A DNA stretch of 64,000 nucleotides, taken from the NCBI GenBank assembly GCA_037443765.1, contig JBBINS010000002.1, positions 7,820-71,819 of the forward strand. Direction: 5' to 3'. This document shows, piece after piece, positions 11,772 through 24,500 of the stretch. Source of the DNA: Gammaproteobacteria bacterium (GTDB lineage Bacteria > Pseudomonadota > Gammaproteobacteria > Steroidobacterales > Steroidobacteraceae). Within the stretch, counting starts at the first letter, position 1. Each line of letters opens with the position of its first letter. Both the position numbers and the translations under genes were made by a program. Under the pieces are notes generated by a model, which saw only the letters and a program-made list of their open reading frames with translations, was not told the origin of the DNA and searched no databases.

Positions 11772-13591
11772 GCCAGCGCTCCCCGTTCGGCATCGCCCAC
11801 CGCGGCACGCAGCGTAGCGAACAACTCCCGCCCGTGTCCCGTCGTGGCCGCGCCGGACGGCACCGCCGCGGGCCTGGCCGCGAGCACCTCCGGCGCGAGG
11901 CGCACCTCGAGCGAGCGCGCCCCGGCGTCGAGCCGGATCAGGTCGCCGTCGCGCACCCGGGCGAGCGGCCCGCCCACCGCGCACTCCGGCGTCACGTGGA
12001 TGGCCGCCGGCACCGAGCCGGAGGCACCCGACATGCGACCGTCGGTGACCAGCGCCACGCGGAAGCCGCGGCCCATCAGCGAGCCGAGGATCGGCGTCAG
12101 CTGGTGGAGTTCCGGCATGCCGTTGGCGCGCGGACCCTGGAAGCGCACGACGGCGACGAGGTCCCGGTCGAGCGCGCCGGCCGTAAACGCCGCGGTCAGC
12201 GCCTCCTGGCTGTCGAACACGACCGCTGGAGCCTCGACGACGTGGTCCTGCGGCGCGAGGGCGGAGGTCTTGATGACGCAGCGACCGAGGTTGCCGCGCA
12301 GCACGCGGGCTCCCCCTTCCGGGCTGAACGGCGCGCTGACCGGCCGCAGGACCTCGAGATCGAGGCTCGTCGCCGGCACGTCCCGCCAGCGCAGGGCCCC
12401 GTCGAGCAGTTGCGGGTCGCGCGTGTACGCCTCGAGGCCGCCGCCCATGATGGTCCGCGTGTCGCGGTGCAGGAGCCCGGCGTCGAGCAGTTCGCGGATC
12501 ACGAAGCCCGTGCCGCCGGCCGCGTGGAAGTGGTTCACGTCGGCGACGCCGTTCGGATAGACGCGCGCGATCAGCGGCACGGCCGACGACAGGTCGTCGA
12601 AGTCGTCCCAGTTCACGACCAGGCCCGCGGCCGCCGCGATCGCGACCAGGTGGATCGTGTGGTTGGTCGAGCCACCGGTCGCGAGCAGCGTGACGATGCC
12701 ATTGACGAGCGCGCGCTCGTCAACCATCCGGCCGAGCGACCGGTAGTCGTCGCCGAGCGCGGTGATCGCGGCGAGCCGCGTCGCCGCGAACGCGGTCAGC
12801 GCGTCGCGCAGCGCCGTGCCGGGCGGCACGAAGGCGCTGCCGGGAACGTGCAGACCCATTGCCTCCATCAGCATCTGGTTGCTGTTGGCGGTGCCGTAGA
12901 ACGTGCAGGTGCCGGGCGCGTGATAGCTCTGCGCCTCGGCCTCGAGCAGCGCCTCGCGGCCGATCTTGCCCGCCGCGTAGTCGCGCCGCACTTGGGACTT
13001 CTCGGCGTTTGGCAGCCCGGACGGCATCGGGCCGGCCGGCACGAACACCACCGGCAGGTGGCCGAAGGACAGCGCGCCGATCAGCAATCCCGGGACGATC
13101 TTGTCGCAGACGCCGAGGCACGCGGCGCCGTCGAACGCGTCGTGGGTCAGGGCCACCGCCGTCGCCATCGCGATCACGTCGCGGCTGAACAGCGACAGCT
13201 CCATGCCGGGCTGGCCCTGCGTGATGCCGTCGCACATCGCCGGGACGCCGCCCGCGAACTGCGCGACCGCGCCCGCCTCGCGCGCCGCAAGCTTGATCAG
13301 CGCCGGGTAGTGCGCGAGCGGCTGGTGCGCCGACAGCAGGTCGTTGTAGGCGGAGACAATCGCGAGATTGGGCCAGCGCGCACCGCGCAGCGCCGACTTG
13401 TCGTGCGCGCCCGCGGCCGCGAAGACGTGCGCGAGGTTCCCGCAGGAGAGCCGCCCGCGCGCCGCGCGGTGCGCGAGCGCCGCCTCGATCCGCTCGAGAT
13501 AGGCCGCGCGCAGGGGCGCGCTGCGCGCCGCGATACGGGCCGTGACGTCGCGGACGACCGGGTGCAGAGTCGAAGGGGACGTCGAGGGCAC
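11762..13591 (-). CDS. edd: Phosphogluconate dehydratase
   Basis: 609 aa, IlvD/Edd family (CDGITQG, CDKIVPG). GTG start at 13591. Confidence 0.95.
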   Translation of the reverse strand: MPSTSPSTLHPVVRDVTARIAARSAPLRAAYLERIEAALAHRAARGRLSCGNLAHVFAAAGAHDKSALRGARWPNLAIVSAYNDLLSAHQPLAHYPALIKLAAREAGAVAQFAGGVPAMCDGITQGQPGMELSLFSRDVIAMATAVALTHDAFDGAACLGVCDKIVPGLLIGALSFGHLPVVFVPAGPMPSGLPNAEKSQVRRDYAAGKIGREALLEAEAQSYHAPGTCTFYGTANSNQMLMEAMGLHVPGSAFVPPGTALRDALTAFAATRLAAITALGDDYRSLGRMVDERALVNGIVTLLATGGSTNHTIHLVAIAAAAGLVVNWDDFDDLSSAVPLIARVYPNGVADVNHFHAAGGTGFVIRELLDAGLLHRDTRTIMGGGLEAYTRDPQLLDGALRWRDVPATSLDLEVLRPVSAPFSPEGGARVLRGNLGRCVIKTSALAPQDHVVEAPAVVFDSQEALTAAFTAGALDRDLVAVVRFQGPRANGMPELHQLTPILGSLMGRGFRVALVTDGRMSGASGSVPAAIHVTPECAVGGPLARVRDGDLIRLDAGARSLEVRLAPEVLAARPAAVPSGAATTGHGRELFATLRAAVGDAERGALACL

Positions 13592-13625
13592 GGCGGGGTT
13601 CCACTGGCACCGGATGGCAATTGCA

Positions 13626-13640
13626 TGTAGTTTATCTACA
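13626..13640. promoter_or_regulatory. Candidate HexR operator (perfect palindrome TGTAGTTTATCTACA)
   Basis: TGTA-N7-TACA palindrome in the AT-rich divergent edd/zwf region. It matches the form of the published HexR consensus, and hexR is encoded in this cluster. Confidence 0.6.
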
Positions 13641-13743
13641 TTGTATGTCGATGTTCTATCGATGGATGAAATTCACGTTATTAAATACAACCTGTTACAA
13701 ACTTATTAACATAAGATGAAACCGCTGAAGCGAGCCAAGTCTT

Positions 13744-13758
13744 TGTATATTAACTACT
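13744..13758. promoter_or_regulatory. Second, imperfect HexR-like site (TGTATATTAACTACT)
   Basis: TGTA-N7-TACT, one mismatch from a palindrome, directly upstream of the zwf start. Confidence 0.35.
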
Positions 13759-13770
13759 GTGAGTAGGCCC

Positions 13771-15269
<1,499 letters not shown>

Positions 15270-15273
<4 letters not shown>

Positions 15274-16169
15274 GCGCGCGCACCCCGCCGCTCGAGGGCG
15301 AGGACGGCAACGCGCCGGACGCGGAGATCCTGAAGCGGATCCGCGGCTTGCGCGGGTCGCTGTCACCGGCCGAGGCGCGCGTCGCGGACGCGGTACTCGC
15401 CGCACCCGCGTGGGTGCTGCAGAGCACGCTCACCGCGGTGGCCGCCCGCGCCGAAGTCAGCGACCCGACCGTGATCCGCTTTTGCCGCTCGCTCGGCCTC
15501 GACGGCTACCAGACGTTCCGGCTGCGGCTCGCGCACAGCCTCGGCAGCGGCGCCTCGTTCCTGCACCGGGACATCGACCGCGGTGACTCGGCCGCCGACC
15601 TCGCCGCCAAGGTGTTCGAGCGCGCGGGGCGCACGCTGCGCGACGTGTCGGGCCAGCTCTCGCCCGCGCAGCTCGAGGCGGCCATCCGGCTGCTGGCCGG
15701 CGCGCGGCGCATCGAGTTCTACGGGCTCGGCAGCTCCGGCATCGTCGCCGCCGACGCGCGCCACAAGTTCTTCCGGCTGGGCCTGCAGGCCGTCTCCTAC
15801 GCCGACGCGCACGTTCACGGCATGGCGGCGACGATGCTCGCGCGCGGCGACGTGGTGGTCGCGATTTCGAGCACCGGGCGCACGATCGACCTGATCTCGA
15901 GCGTCGAGCTCGCGCTCGAGGCCGGCGCCGACGTCATCGCGATCGCGCCGCCGGGCTCGCCGCTCGCGCAACGCTGCAGCGTACCGCTCGAGCTCGCGGT
16001 CGACGAGGACACCGACATCTACACGCCGATGACCACCCGGCTCGCGCAGCTGACGCTGATCGACGTGCTGTCGATCGGCGTCGCCTTGCGCCTCGGACCG
16101 GAGCTCGCGGCGCGGCTCGAGCGCGCCCGCGACAGCCTGCGCGACAAGCGCCTCAGCAAGGCCGAGTGA
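15270..16169 (+). CDS. hexR: RpiR/HexR family transcriptional regulator (HTH + SIS domain)
   Basis: GTG at 15270 overlaps the zwf stop (GTGA). N-terminal HTH_6-like region ([13 protein letters not shown]...[10 protein letters not shown]) and a SIS domain ([11 protein letters not shown]). Confidence 0.85.
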
Positions 16170-16261
16170 GTCGCACGCGCGCGGCCTGACCGGTCGCGGC
16201 GTGGCGCGTGCGGCGCGGCGGCGGATCGCTTACATTGTCCGGGTTTCCGCATTCCGGACCG

Positions 16262-16948
16262 ATGATGGACGTCGACACCGCCTTACGCACCCGGGGCTCG
16301 ACCCGTGCGTTCCTCTCCCGACCCGTCGCCCGCGCCACCATCGAGGCCGTCCTCGGCCAGGCGCGTTTTGCGCCGAGCGGCAGCAACATCCAGCCGTGGC
16401 AGGTGCACGTCGTCGCCGGCGTGGCGCGCGACGAGATCTGCCGAGCGGTCCGCGAGGCGGCGGCCGGGGCGTCGGGCGGCCCGTTCTGGCCTTACCAGTA
16501 CTACCCCGCGGTGTGGCGGGAGCCGTATCTCGCCAGGCGCCGGGCCTGTGGCTGGGGTCTGTACACGCTGCTCGGCATCGCTCGGGGTGACCGCGCGGCG
16601 ATGCTCGCGCAGGAACGCCGGAACTACGAGTTCTTCGATGCGCCCGTCGGGCTGTTCTTCTTCATCGACGCCGACCTCGGCCCCGGCAGCTGGCTGGACT
16701 ACGGCATGTTCCTGCAGTCGATCATGCTGGCCGCGACGGCGCACGGCCTCGCGACCTGCCCGCAGGCGTCCTGGGCGCCGTACCACGGCGTCGTCCGCGC
16801 GCAGCTGCGGGTCCCGGAGTCGCAGATGCTGATCTGCGGCATGGGCCTCGGCTACGCGGACCCGGCGGCGTCGGTGAACCGCTTCCGCCCGGAACGGCTC
16901 GCGGTCGACGAGTTCACCCATTGGCACGACGCCGCGGTGCGGGCTTGA
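16262..16948 (+). CDS. Nitroreductase family protein
   Basis: RGSTRAFLSRPV and APSGSNIQPW motifs. ATG at 16262. Confidence 0.85.
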   Translation: MMDVDTALRTRGSTRAFLSRPVARATIEAVLGQARFAPSGSNIQPWQVHVVAGVARDEICRAVREAAAGASGGPFWPYQYYPAVWREPYLARRRACGWGLYTLLGIARGDRAAMLAQERRNYEFFDAPVGLFFFIDADLGPGSWLDYGMFLQSIMLAATAHGLATCPQASWAPYHGVVRAQLRVPESQMLICGMGLGYADPAASVNRFRPERLAVDEFTHWHDAAVRA

Positions 16949-17886
16949 GGCGCCTGCCGCCCGCCGGTGGTGGCGGTACGCTCGTCGGCATCGCGCTGAC
17001 CATGATCGGCGCGGCCGGGTTCGCATCGAAGGGCGTCATCGCCAAGTACCTGTACGCGGACGGCTGGGGGGCCGACGCCGTGCTGACGACGAGGTCGCTG
17101 CTCGCGCTGCCGGTCATCGCCGCGTGGGCGCTGTGGGCCGCCGGACCGCGCGCCCTCTTGCGGCCACCGCCGCGCGCCGCGATCGGCGCCGCGATCGCGG
17201 GTTGTCTGTGCTACTTCGTGGGCGCGATGCTCGACTTCCGCGCGCTGACGATGATCGACGCGAGCGTCGAACGCGTACTGCTGTTCTCTTACCCGTCGAT
17301 GGTCGTCGTGCTGTACGCCGGGATCTACCGCGAGTGGCCGGAGCTGCGCTCGCTGGCGGCGCTCGTGATCACCTACGCCGGCATCTTCATGGTCGTCACG
17401 GGACTCGACGCCGGCGTGCTGCGCGGCAACGCCGCCGGCGGCGTGCTGGTGCTCGCCTGCGCGCTGACGTCGGCACTCTATTACCTCGCGAGCGACCGCT
17501 GGACCGGCGCGATCGGCAGCGTCGCCTTCACTTTCTATGCCCTATCCGCGGCCACGGTGTGCCTGCTGATGCACCGCGTGGTGGCCGGCGGGGCCAGCGC
17601 GACGGTGTGGCATGCGCGCGACCTCTGGCTGCTGCTCGCGCTCGTCAGCGTCGCGACCGTCGTGCCGATGCTGGCCATGGCGGAGGGCGTGCGCCGCCTC
17701 GGCGCGCCGCGCGCCTCGGTCGTCGCAACGGTCGGCCCGCCGACGACGATCGTGCTCGGCGCGTGGCTGCTCGACGAGCGGCTGCGGCGCGCGCAATGGC
17801 TCGGCGTGGCGCTGATCGTCGCCGGCATTCTCGCGCTGGAACTCGCGAAGCGCCCCGCCGCTGCCGCCGGCAGCCGCGCTCCCTGA
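16921..17886 (+). CDS. EamA/DMT family transporter
   Basis: About 10 hydrophobic helices arranged as two EamA-like halves. The start is uncertain (TTG at 16921 or 16945). Confidence 0.75.
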   Translation: MARRRGAGLRRLPPAGGGGTLVGIALTMIGAAGFASKGVIAKYLYADGWGADAVLTTRSLLALPVIAAWALWAAGPRALLRPPPRAAIGAAIAGCLCYFVGAMLDFRALTMIDASVERVLLFSYPSMVVVLYAGIYREWPELRSLAALVITYAGIFMVVTGLDAGVLRGNAAGGVLVLACALTSALYYLASDRWTGAIGSVAFTFYALSAATVCLLMHRVVAGGASATVWHARDLWLLLALVSVATVVPMLAMAEGVRRLGAPRASVVATVGPPTTIVLGAWLLDERLRRAQWLGVALIVAGILALELAKRPAAAAGSRAP

Positions 17887-17907
17887 GCCCCGCGGCCGAG
17901 GCCGCGC

Positions 17908-18300
17908 CTACCAGCGACGCGGGTCGGGGTCGTGGTGCAGCGCCGTACCGACGATGTAGCCAAGCGCCGCCAGTGCGCCGACGAGCGCGACGGTGCGGAC
18001 CAGCGGGGTCCGGCCGCGCCGAATCGCGATCGAGCCGAGCACGACGTAGACGACCAGCGCCAACACCTTCGCGGTCAGCCAGGCAGCGACGAACGGATAC
18101 TGCCTCAGGATCAGCGACAGGAGCACGGCGCTCGCCAGCAGCACAGTGTCCACCACGTGCGGCGCGATCCTGAGCAGCGGATGCTGCAGCAGCGCCGAGT
18201 CCGCGAACCGCAGCGCCGCGCGCAGCACGAACAGGCTGATCGACGTAACGACCGCAGCGACGTGCAGCGCCTTCAGCTCGACGTAGAAGCCCGCCAGCAT
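17908..18300 (-). CDS. SirB2-family inner-membrane protein
   Basis: 130 aa, closely resembling enterobacterial SirB2/YchQ (LKALHV..., LRQYPFVAAWLTAKVLALVVYVVLG). Confidence 0.8.
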   Translation of the reverse strand: MLAGFYVELKALHVAAVVTSISLFVLRAALRFADSALLQHPLLRIAPHVVDTVLLASAVLLSLILRQYPFVAAWLTAKVLALVVYVVLGSIAIRRGRTPLVRTVALVGALAALGYIVGTALHHDPDPRRW

Positions 18301-18308
18301 CCCGGCGG

Positions 18309-19229
18309 TCAGGCCGGGAAGAAGTCGATCGGCTTGGTCGTCGTGATGACCTCCACGTCCTTGTCGTCGAAGTGGAACATCTTGATGCGGGCGACAAGCT
18401 TGCGCTCGAGCTCCTCATCCTTCAGCTCGCTCGACAGGACCTTGCAGTCGGTGACCTCGCCGGTCGGCGCGATCGTCAGCTGCACCACAAGCTTGCCCTG
18501 CAGCTGGGGGTTGTCCCGCAGCGCGCGGTTGTAGAGCGCGTAGATGGCTGCCTTATTTCGGTCGAAGACCATCTCGATCTCTTCGCGGCTGCGCGACGCC
18601 TTGCCGCTAGAACCGGTGCGCTTGGCCTCGGCGTGATCCTTGCGGATGCCGTCGGCGAACGACTGCACGCCCTGCATCGTCGAGTGCCCGTGCAGCGAGC
18701 CCGGTCCGCCGCCGAACCCGGAACTCAGCGCCGCGGTGTTGATGCCGCCGCTGCCTCCCGCCAGGTTCGAGGTGATCAGCGAGCGCTCGGCGCGCGACGG
18801 GCCGTCGACCTTGTCCTTCAGCGGCTTCGCGCTCGCGAGCTGCTCGGTGTTCAGGGCCGCCCGCAGGTCGGCGAGCTCGTCCTTGACCGCGTTCAGCGCC
18901 TTCTGCGCCTTCTTGCGCGCCTGCTCGGTCTTGTCGACGACCGGCGGCGGCACGACCGGCTTCGGCTGCACGATCGGCTTCGGCTCCGGCTTCTTCTCCT
19001 CCACGGGTTTCGGCGGCGGCAGCGGCGGCTGCAGCACGAGCTTGACGACCTCCTCCGGCAGCGGGCGGGCGATCGGGCGCTCGGGCGTCGGCAGCAACTG
19101 GGTGCCGACGACGATGATCAACCACAGGACGAGGCCGATCGTGAGCAGCCGCTTAAAGTGGCGCTCCTCGGCGTCGTTCGGTGTCCAGGGTAGTTCGAAT
19201 ACCCGGTAATTGGCTGCAAGCACTGTCAT
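18309..19229 (-). CDS. TonB-like energy-transducer protein with AgmX/PglI-type C-terminal domain
   Basis: N-terminal membrane anchor, a Pro/Lys-rich spacer (PPLPPPKPVEEKKPEPKPIVQPKPVVPPP) and a C-terminal block (AAIYALYNRALRDNPQLQGKLVVQLTIAPTGEVTDCKV...FHF). Confidence 0.75.
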   Translation of the reverse strand: MTVLAANYRVFELPWTPNDAEERHFKRLLTIGLVLWLIIVVGTQLLPTPERPIARPLPEEVVKLVLQPPLPPPKPVEEKKPEPKPIVQPKPVVPPPVVDKTEQARKKAQKALNAVKDELADLRAALNTEQLASAKPLKDKVDGPSRAERSLITSNLAGGSGGINTAALSSGFGGGPGSLHGHSTMQGVQSFADGIRKDHAEAKRTGSSGKASRSREEIEMVFDRNKAAIYALYNRALRDNPQLQGKLVVQLTIAPTGEVTDCKVLSSELKDEELERKLVARIKMFHFDDKDVEVITTTKPIDFFPA

Positions 19230-19250
19230 CGGGGGCTCGCTCGGCGATTC

Positions 19251-19766
19251 TTAGCCAGGATTCGGGCCACGGTAGGCCCGCTCTTTCTCGATGACCGCGA
19301 GCGACATCTTGCCGATGTCCGCTGCGGTCGCCGCCATCATGATCTTCTTCAGCAGGCTGTACGGCAGACCCTTGTCCGCCATGACCGTGACCTCGCGCGC
19401 GGTCGGGTCGTTCGGTGCCATCAGCGTGCGCTTCTGCGTCTCGCTCTTGAGGCTGGCCTGCAGCGACTCGCGTGCTGCGGCCACGTCGCCCTCGATGTCC
19501 GCGACCGTCGCGGTCGCCATGCCGTTCACGAAGATCGTGTCGCGCGTGACCATCAGCACCGTCGACTCGTGCGGCCGCGACTCGGAAATCGACTGCGGAA
19601 TCGAGATGTTCTTGGTGTTCGGCAGGATCTCGTAGTCCGCCGTGTGCACCAGCATGTACACCACGAGGATCACGAGCATGTCGATCATCGGGACGAGCGC
19701 GGGCATGCCGTGGCCGCGGTGGTGGCCACCGGGCCTGCGGTTGCGCTTCAGCCGTGAGCCAATCAT
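19251..19766 (-). CDS. exbD: ExbD/TolR family protein
   Basis: 171 aa with the single TM segment LVPMIDMLVILVVYML, typical of ExbD. Overlaps the upstream gene's stop by 4 nt. Confidence 0.85.
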   Translation of the reverse strand: MIGSRLKRNRRPGGHHRGHGMPALVPMIDMLVILVVYMLVHTADYEILPNTKNISIPQSISESRPHESTVLMVTRDTIFVNGMATATVADIEGDVAAARESLQASLKSETQKRTLMAPNDPTAREVTVMADKGLPYSLLKKIMMAATAADIGKMSLAVIEKERAYRGPNPG

Positions 19767-20272
19767 GTCGGCGCGTCTCCGAGCGAGATCTGCGGGAACA
19801 ACTCCCCGCGGGCCGGCTGGCCGTCGAGGGTACCTTCGTAGGACTTCACGGCGTCCATCGTCGCGATGATCGTGTCGTACGGGATGTTCTGCTCGAGCAG
19901 CACCGTCGCCGACTTCATCTCGGGAAATTTCGCCTTGACGCGCGTCAGGAACGAGTTCAGGCCGTCGAAGTCGTAGCCGTCCGCCGTGTTCGGAAACGGC
20001 TGCAACGGGCCGGAATTCTTGTCCTGCACGACCAGGCCGTCCTTGCGCACCACGATCTCGAGCACGAGCCCCTCGGGAAGCGAAAGGGGCTCGGAGCTCT
20101 GTGCCGGCAGGTTCATCTCGACGATGTGCGTCTTCGAGAATACTGCCGTGAAGATCAGGAAGAACAGCAGGATCGTGAAGATGTCGAGCATCGGAACGAT
20201 GTTGATATCGTTCCGACCCTTGTATCGCGCATGGTTGCGCGATTGCCGGCGGGCGATCGAGGATCCGCTCAT
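19763..20272 (-). CDS. exbD: ExbD/TolR family protein (second copy)
   Basis: 169 aa with the NIVPMLDIFTILLFFLIF anchor. 4-nt overlap with exbB. Confidence 0.85.
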   Translation of the reverse strand: MSGSSIARRQSRNHARYKGRNDINIVPMLDIFTILLFFLIFTAVFSKTHIVEMNLPAQSSEPLSLPEGLVLEIVVRKDGLVVQDKNSGPLQPFPNTADGYDFDGLNSFLTRVKAKFPEMKSATVLLEQNIPYDTIIATMDAVKSYEGTLDGQPARGELFPQISLGDAPT

Positions 20273-20979
20273 GCGCGCGCCCCGCGCACCTCGCCGGTCC
20301 GCGCGGCCGCGCCCGCGGCCGCCGGCGCCTCAGCGCCCGGCGTGCGCTGCTGACGCTCGGTGATCGCGTTCAGGAACTTGACGCTCGCGACCTCGAGGCT
20401 GTCGACGATGTTCGTCGTCTTGGTCTCGAGATAGAGGTGCGACAGCAGCAGCGTGATCGCAACGAGCAGGCCGAGCGCGGTGTTGTTCATCGCGACCGAG
20501 ATGCTGGCGGACAGCAGGCTCGCCTTCTCGGCCGGGTTCGCCTGGGCGACCGCGGCGAAGGCGTTGATGAGGCCGAGAACGGTGCCGAACAGGCCCATCA
20601 GCATGCCGATGTTGGCGAGCGCGGCGAGGTAGTGGGTGCGCCGTTCGAGGTGCGGGATGACCTCGACCAGGCTTTCCTCCATCGCCTTCTCGATGTCCTC
20701 GCGACGGCGAGCCGTCGTGATCCGGCTCAAGCCGTAGCGCATGACCTGCGCGAGCGCGGTGTCCGAATCGGACACGGCGTTGGTCGCCTGCTTGAAGTTG
20801 CCCGCCTCGAACAGCGGCTGCAGCTGGTCCCACAGGCGCTTGTTGCCCGTGCCGACCTTCATCAGGTAGGCGAAGCGCTCGATGGCGATGACGAGGCCGA
20901 TCGCCCAGATCAGGGCGATGGGGTACAGGAAGAAACCTCCCTGCTTGAAGAAGTTCACAATTACGTCGTAGGCATGCAT
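20269..20979 (-). CDS. exbB: MotA/TolQ/ExbB proton-channel protein
   Basis: 236 aa with three TM segments and the ANIGMLMGLFGTVLGLINAF motif. Confidence 0.9.
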   Translation of the reverse strand: MHAYDVIVNFFKQGGFFLYPIALIWAIGLVIAIERFAYLMKVGTGNKRLWDQLQPLFEAGNFKQATNAVSDSDTALAQVMRYGLSRITTARRREDIEKAMEESLVEVIPHLERRTHYLAALANIGMLMGLFGTVLGLINAFAAVAQANPAEKASLLSASISVAMNNTALGLLVAITLLLSHLYLETKTTNIVDSLEVASVKFLNAITERQQRTPGAEAPAAAGAAARTGEVRGARA

Positions 20980-21060
20980 CTCCGCTGCTCCGTTCGATTC
21001 CGCGAGTTATGCCGGCACGGCCGGTCCATTTCACTCAAGTTATGTTACGAATACCGTGGC

Positions 21061-21549
21061 TTACTTCTCAGGCTGCGGCCCGGCCGCCCGACCTGTGATG
21101 TGCGTCTCGCCCCGCGCCCGATCCGGCGCCAGCGCATTGAAATAATCGACCTCGCGCCGGAAGACCTCCCGGTCCACCGGCGCCAGCGCCTCGTCGACCA
21201 GGCTGTTGACCGGCCGGCCGGCCAGGTCGCCGATGTCCGACCGCTTCCAGGGCACGATCACCATGACCTTCGGCAGCTCGCGGTTGCCGGTGATCTGGGT
21301 CGTCTCGAGTTCGAGCCGGTCCATCGCCTTGGCGGTCTTCTCGGCGGTGCCCGCGTCGCCCTTGGCGGCGGACTTGCGGGGCCGCGTGGCGGCTGCGCGC
21401 GGCGCGGCGACCGCCGGCTCGGCGTCCCGGACAGCCGCGGAAGCCGCCCGGGCGGCCGCTTGCGGCTCAGCCGGCGGCGCGTCCGCCGCCCGGGCGGCGC
21501 CGAGCGCCACCAGGGCGCCGAGCAAGGCGATCAGCGGACTCGTCTTCAT
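21061..21549 (-). CDS. Secreted hypothetical protein
   Basis: Signal peptide (MKTSPLIALLGALVALGAARA), an Ala/Pro-rich linker and a conserved-looking C-terminal ~80 aa. ATGA overlap with the upstream TPR gene. Confidence 0.6.
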   Translation of the reverse strand: MKTSPLIALLGALVALGAARAADAPPAEPQAAARAASAAVRDAEPAVAAPRAAATRPRKSAAKGDAGTAEKTAKAMDRLELETTQITGNRELPKVMVIVPWKRSDIGDLAGRPVNSLVDEALAPVDREVFRREVDYFNALAPDRARGETHITGRAAGPQPEK

Positions 21550-24500
21550 TTGGCCTCCGCGCGTGCGCTTTTTTGCCCGGCGCCGAGGCGCTGCCGGATC
21601 TCGGCAATCCAGGCCGACATGACCTTGTCCTCGCCACCGACCAGCGCCAGCGCCCGCTCGTACTCACCCAGTGCCTCGGCGGGCTTCTGCACGTACAGGT
21701 CGAGCAGCACGCCGAGGTTACGGTGCGCACGGGCATCGCTGGCGTCCAGCTCCAGCGAGTGGCGGTAGGACTGCTCCGCCTCGGCAAACTTGCCGAGCTG
21801 CCGGTAGACGATACCGAGCTGCGCGGCGGCCGTCGCGCTCGCCGGGTGGCGCTTCAGCGCCTCGCCGAGCGCGGCCTCGGCTTCCGGCCACTGCTGCGCT
21901 CGCGACAGCAGGATGCCGTGATTGAGCGGCGGCCCTGCGAGGGCCGGCGCCTGGGTCGCGAGCGCGACGAACTCCGTGTCGGCCTGAGCGCCGCCACTTT
22001 CGGCGGCCGCGACCGCCTCCTGGAAGCGGACCGCGATCGGCAGCGGCACCGCGGGCGCGACCGGTTGCGGCGCCGGCGCGGCGCCCTTGCCGTTCGCCGG
22101 CGGCGGGCTGGCCGGCGGCGGTGGCATGGCCCCCGCGGCGGCGTCGATGACGAGATCCTCGTTCTCCTCGGTCTTGCCGAAGCGCGCCGGCTTGAGCTTG
22201 GCGAGGGCCGCATAGCTCGCGCGAACCGGCTCGTTGTAGAGCCCCTGCGCTGCGCGCGCGGTGTTGACGAGGTGGATGTCGATCGCCTTTTCCTCGAACG
22301 GATAGGCCTGTTCCTCGAGCAACAGGTCGTACTGCTCGAGCTCCTCCCCGGCGAGACTCTTCGGGCGCTCCGACTTCAGCAGGTCCACGCCCAGCTGGCG
22401 GTACAGCTCGGCCATCTCGAAGGTCGCCGCGGTCGAGACCTCGGCGATCGCGTAGGCGTCCGCCGCCTCGAAGGCCTTGAGCGCACGCTGCATCGCCGCA
22501 CGCTTGGCTTCCAGCGACTTCTTGAGCGGCAGCACGAGGCGCACGGCATTGAACGCGTCGCGCGTCGGCTGCGCGAGCTCGAGGGAGGCTTTTGCGGCGA
22601 GGTAGCGGCTGCGGTCGGTGCGCGCGGCACCGGCGCCCTGGTCCGCCTTGATGATGTCGTCGAGCAACGCGGCGCGACGGGGCGCGTCGCCGCGCTGCTG
22701 AGCGAGGTCGGCGAGCTTCTGCCGCGCCTCCAGCGCCGCCTCGAAGGGCTGCGGGTAGCGCTTGACGTAGCTCTCCCACGTGGCGACCGTCCTCGCGACG
22801 TCGCCGGACTTCTCGTACAGGGCCGCCGCTTGCGACAGCGCTTCGCGCTGCACGTCGGCGTTGCCTCCGGGCGCGGAAGCGATGCGCTCGAACTCGACGG
22901 CCGCCGGGCCCGGCCGGCCCGCCTCGACGTAGGCGACGGCGAGCTTGCGGGTGACCTCGGGCTGGAGCTCGCTGGCCGGGAAGTTGCGCCGGAAACCCTC
23001 GAGCACCTCGATCGCCTTCGGCCAGTCCTTCATCCCGATCAGCAGCGCCGCGGCGTCATAGTCCGCGGTGGCGCGGATCTTGGCGAGCGGCGCCAGCTGC
23101 GCGACGCGCAGGAAGTCGCCGACCGCGCCGGCATCGTCGCCGGCCGCCTTGCGCGCCTCGCCCTGCTTGTACACGGAGGCCGCGACGCGTTCGTCGATCG
23201 CCGGGCGTTGCGGGTCGTTCGCCGCGAGCAGCGACTGCACCTGCAGGTACGCCCCTTCGGACTTGTCGAACTGGCCGAGCTCGAACTGGCCGTTGGCGAT
23301 CACCGTCCAGACGGTCCGCTGCTTCTCGACGTCGACCGGCGGCTGGCGCGCCAGCACGATGTCGGCAACGTCGATCGCCTTGGCGTAGTCCTTGAGGTCG
23401 TAGTACTCGCGTGCCGTGCGCACCAGCACCGGCGCGCTCTCCGGGTGGGCCTGGAACGTCGTCGCGAAGCGCAGACCGCTCTCGAGGCCCTGGCGGTGCC
23501 AGGCGCTCTTGGCCTCGCCCTGGAGCGCCGCCTCCTCCTTCTCGTAGGACACGAGCGCGGCGTAGCCGGCGGTCGCGGACTTGTCGTTCGGCGGGTAGCC
23601 GTATGCGGCGTGCTCGTACTCGAGCGCGGCATCGTGAAACTGGTGGCTCTCGAACAGCGTGTCGGCGAGCAGGTAATTGGTGGTCGCGGCTTCCTTGTCG
23701 TCCGGGAACGACTTCAGGTATTCGCGGTACCAGCGCGCCGCCTCCTGGTAGTCCGCCGGCTGTTTGGTCGCCTGCGCCTGCGCGTGGTAGTAGGAAGCGA
23801 GGTCCTTGACGTTCGTCTTGAGCTCGCGGACGACGAGCGGCGCGTCGGCCGGCTGGCGGTGCGCCCAGAACGACGACCCCAGGCGATACTGCTCGACGTA
23901 CTCGCGCTTGCCGTCGAGCACGAGCGAGGCGAAGCCGCCGCGCTTGTAGGCATCGATGGCCTGCATCTGCAGCAACGGCGCCCGCTCGTGATCCGGGTCG
24001 CGCTTGGCGAACGCACGGTAGGCGTTCGCGCCGTCGGTCCAGCGCTCCTTGCTGACGTACAGGTCGCCGAGCGTGCCGTACAGCAGGTAGGCGTACGGCT
24101 TCGCGCCGTGGCGCGCGAGGAAGCTATCGACACCCTTCGCCTCGTCCTCGAACGAGAATGTGATGGCGCACACCCGCAGCGTGTCCTCGACCAGCTCGCG
24201 CTGCGGACGCGTGAAGCCGTCGATGTCCCGTTCCTTGCCTTTGGCGTCGACGAGCTTGAGGTCGAGGAGCTTCGCGAACGAGTCGAGGGCGCCCTCGGAC
24301 TCACCGCGCTTGAACTGCGCCCAGCCGTGCTTGTACAGGCTCTGCTCGTAGAACTCCGACTTCGGCCCGAAGGCAATCACGCGGGCGTAGGCGCCCTCGG
24401 CATCCGCCCAGCGCTTGTCCATGAACATGATTTCGCCGCGCCGGAACTGCGCCTCGTCGACGTAGCGGCTCGCCGGATACCGCTTGACCAGCTGGTCGAG

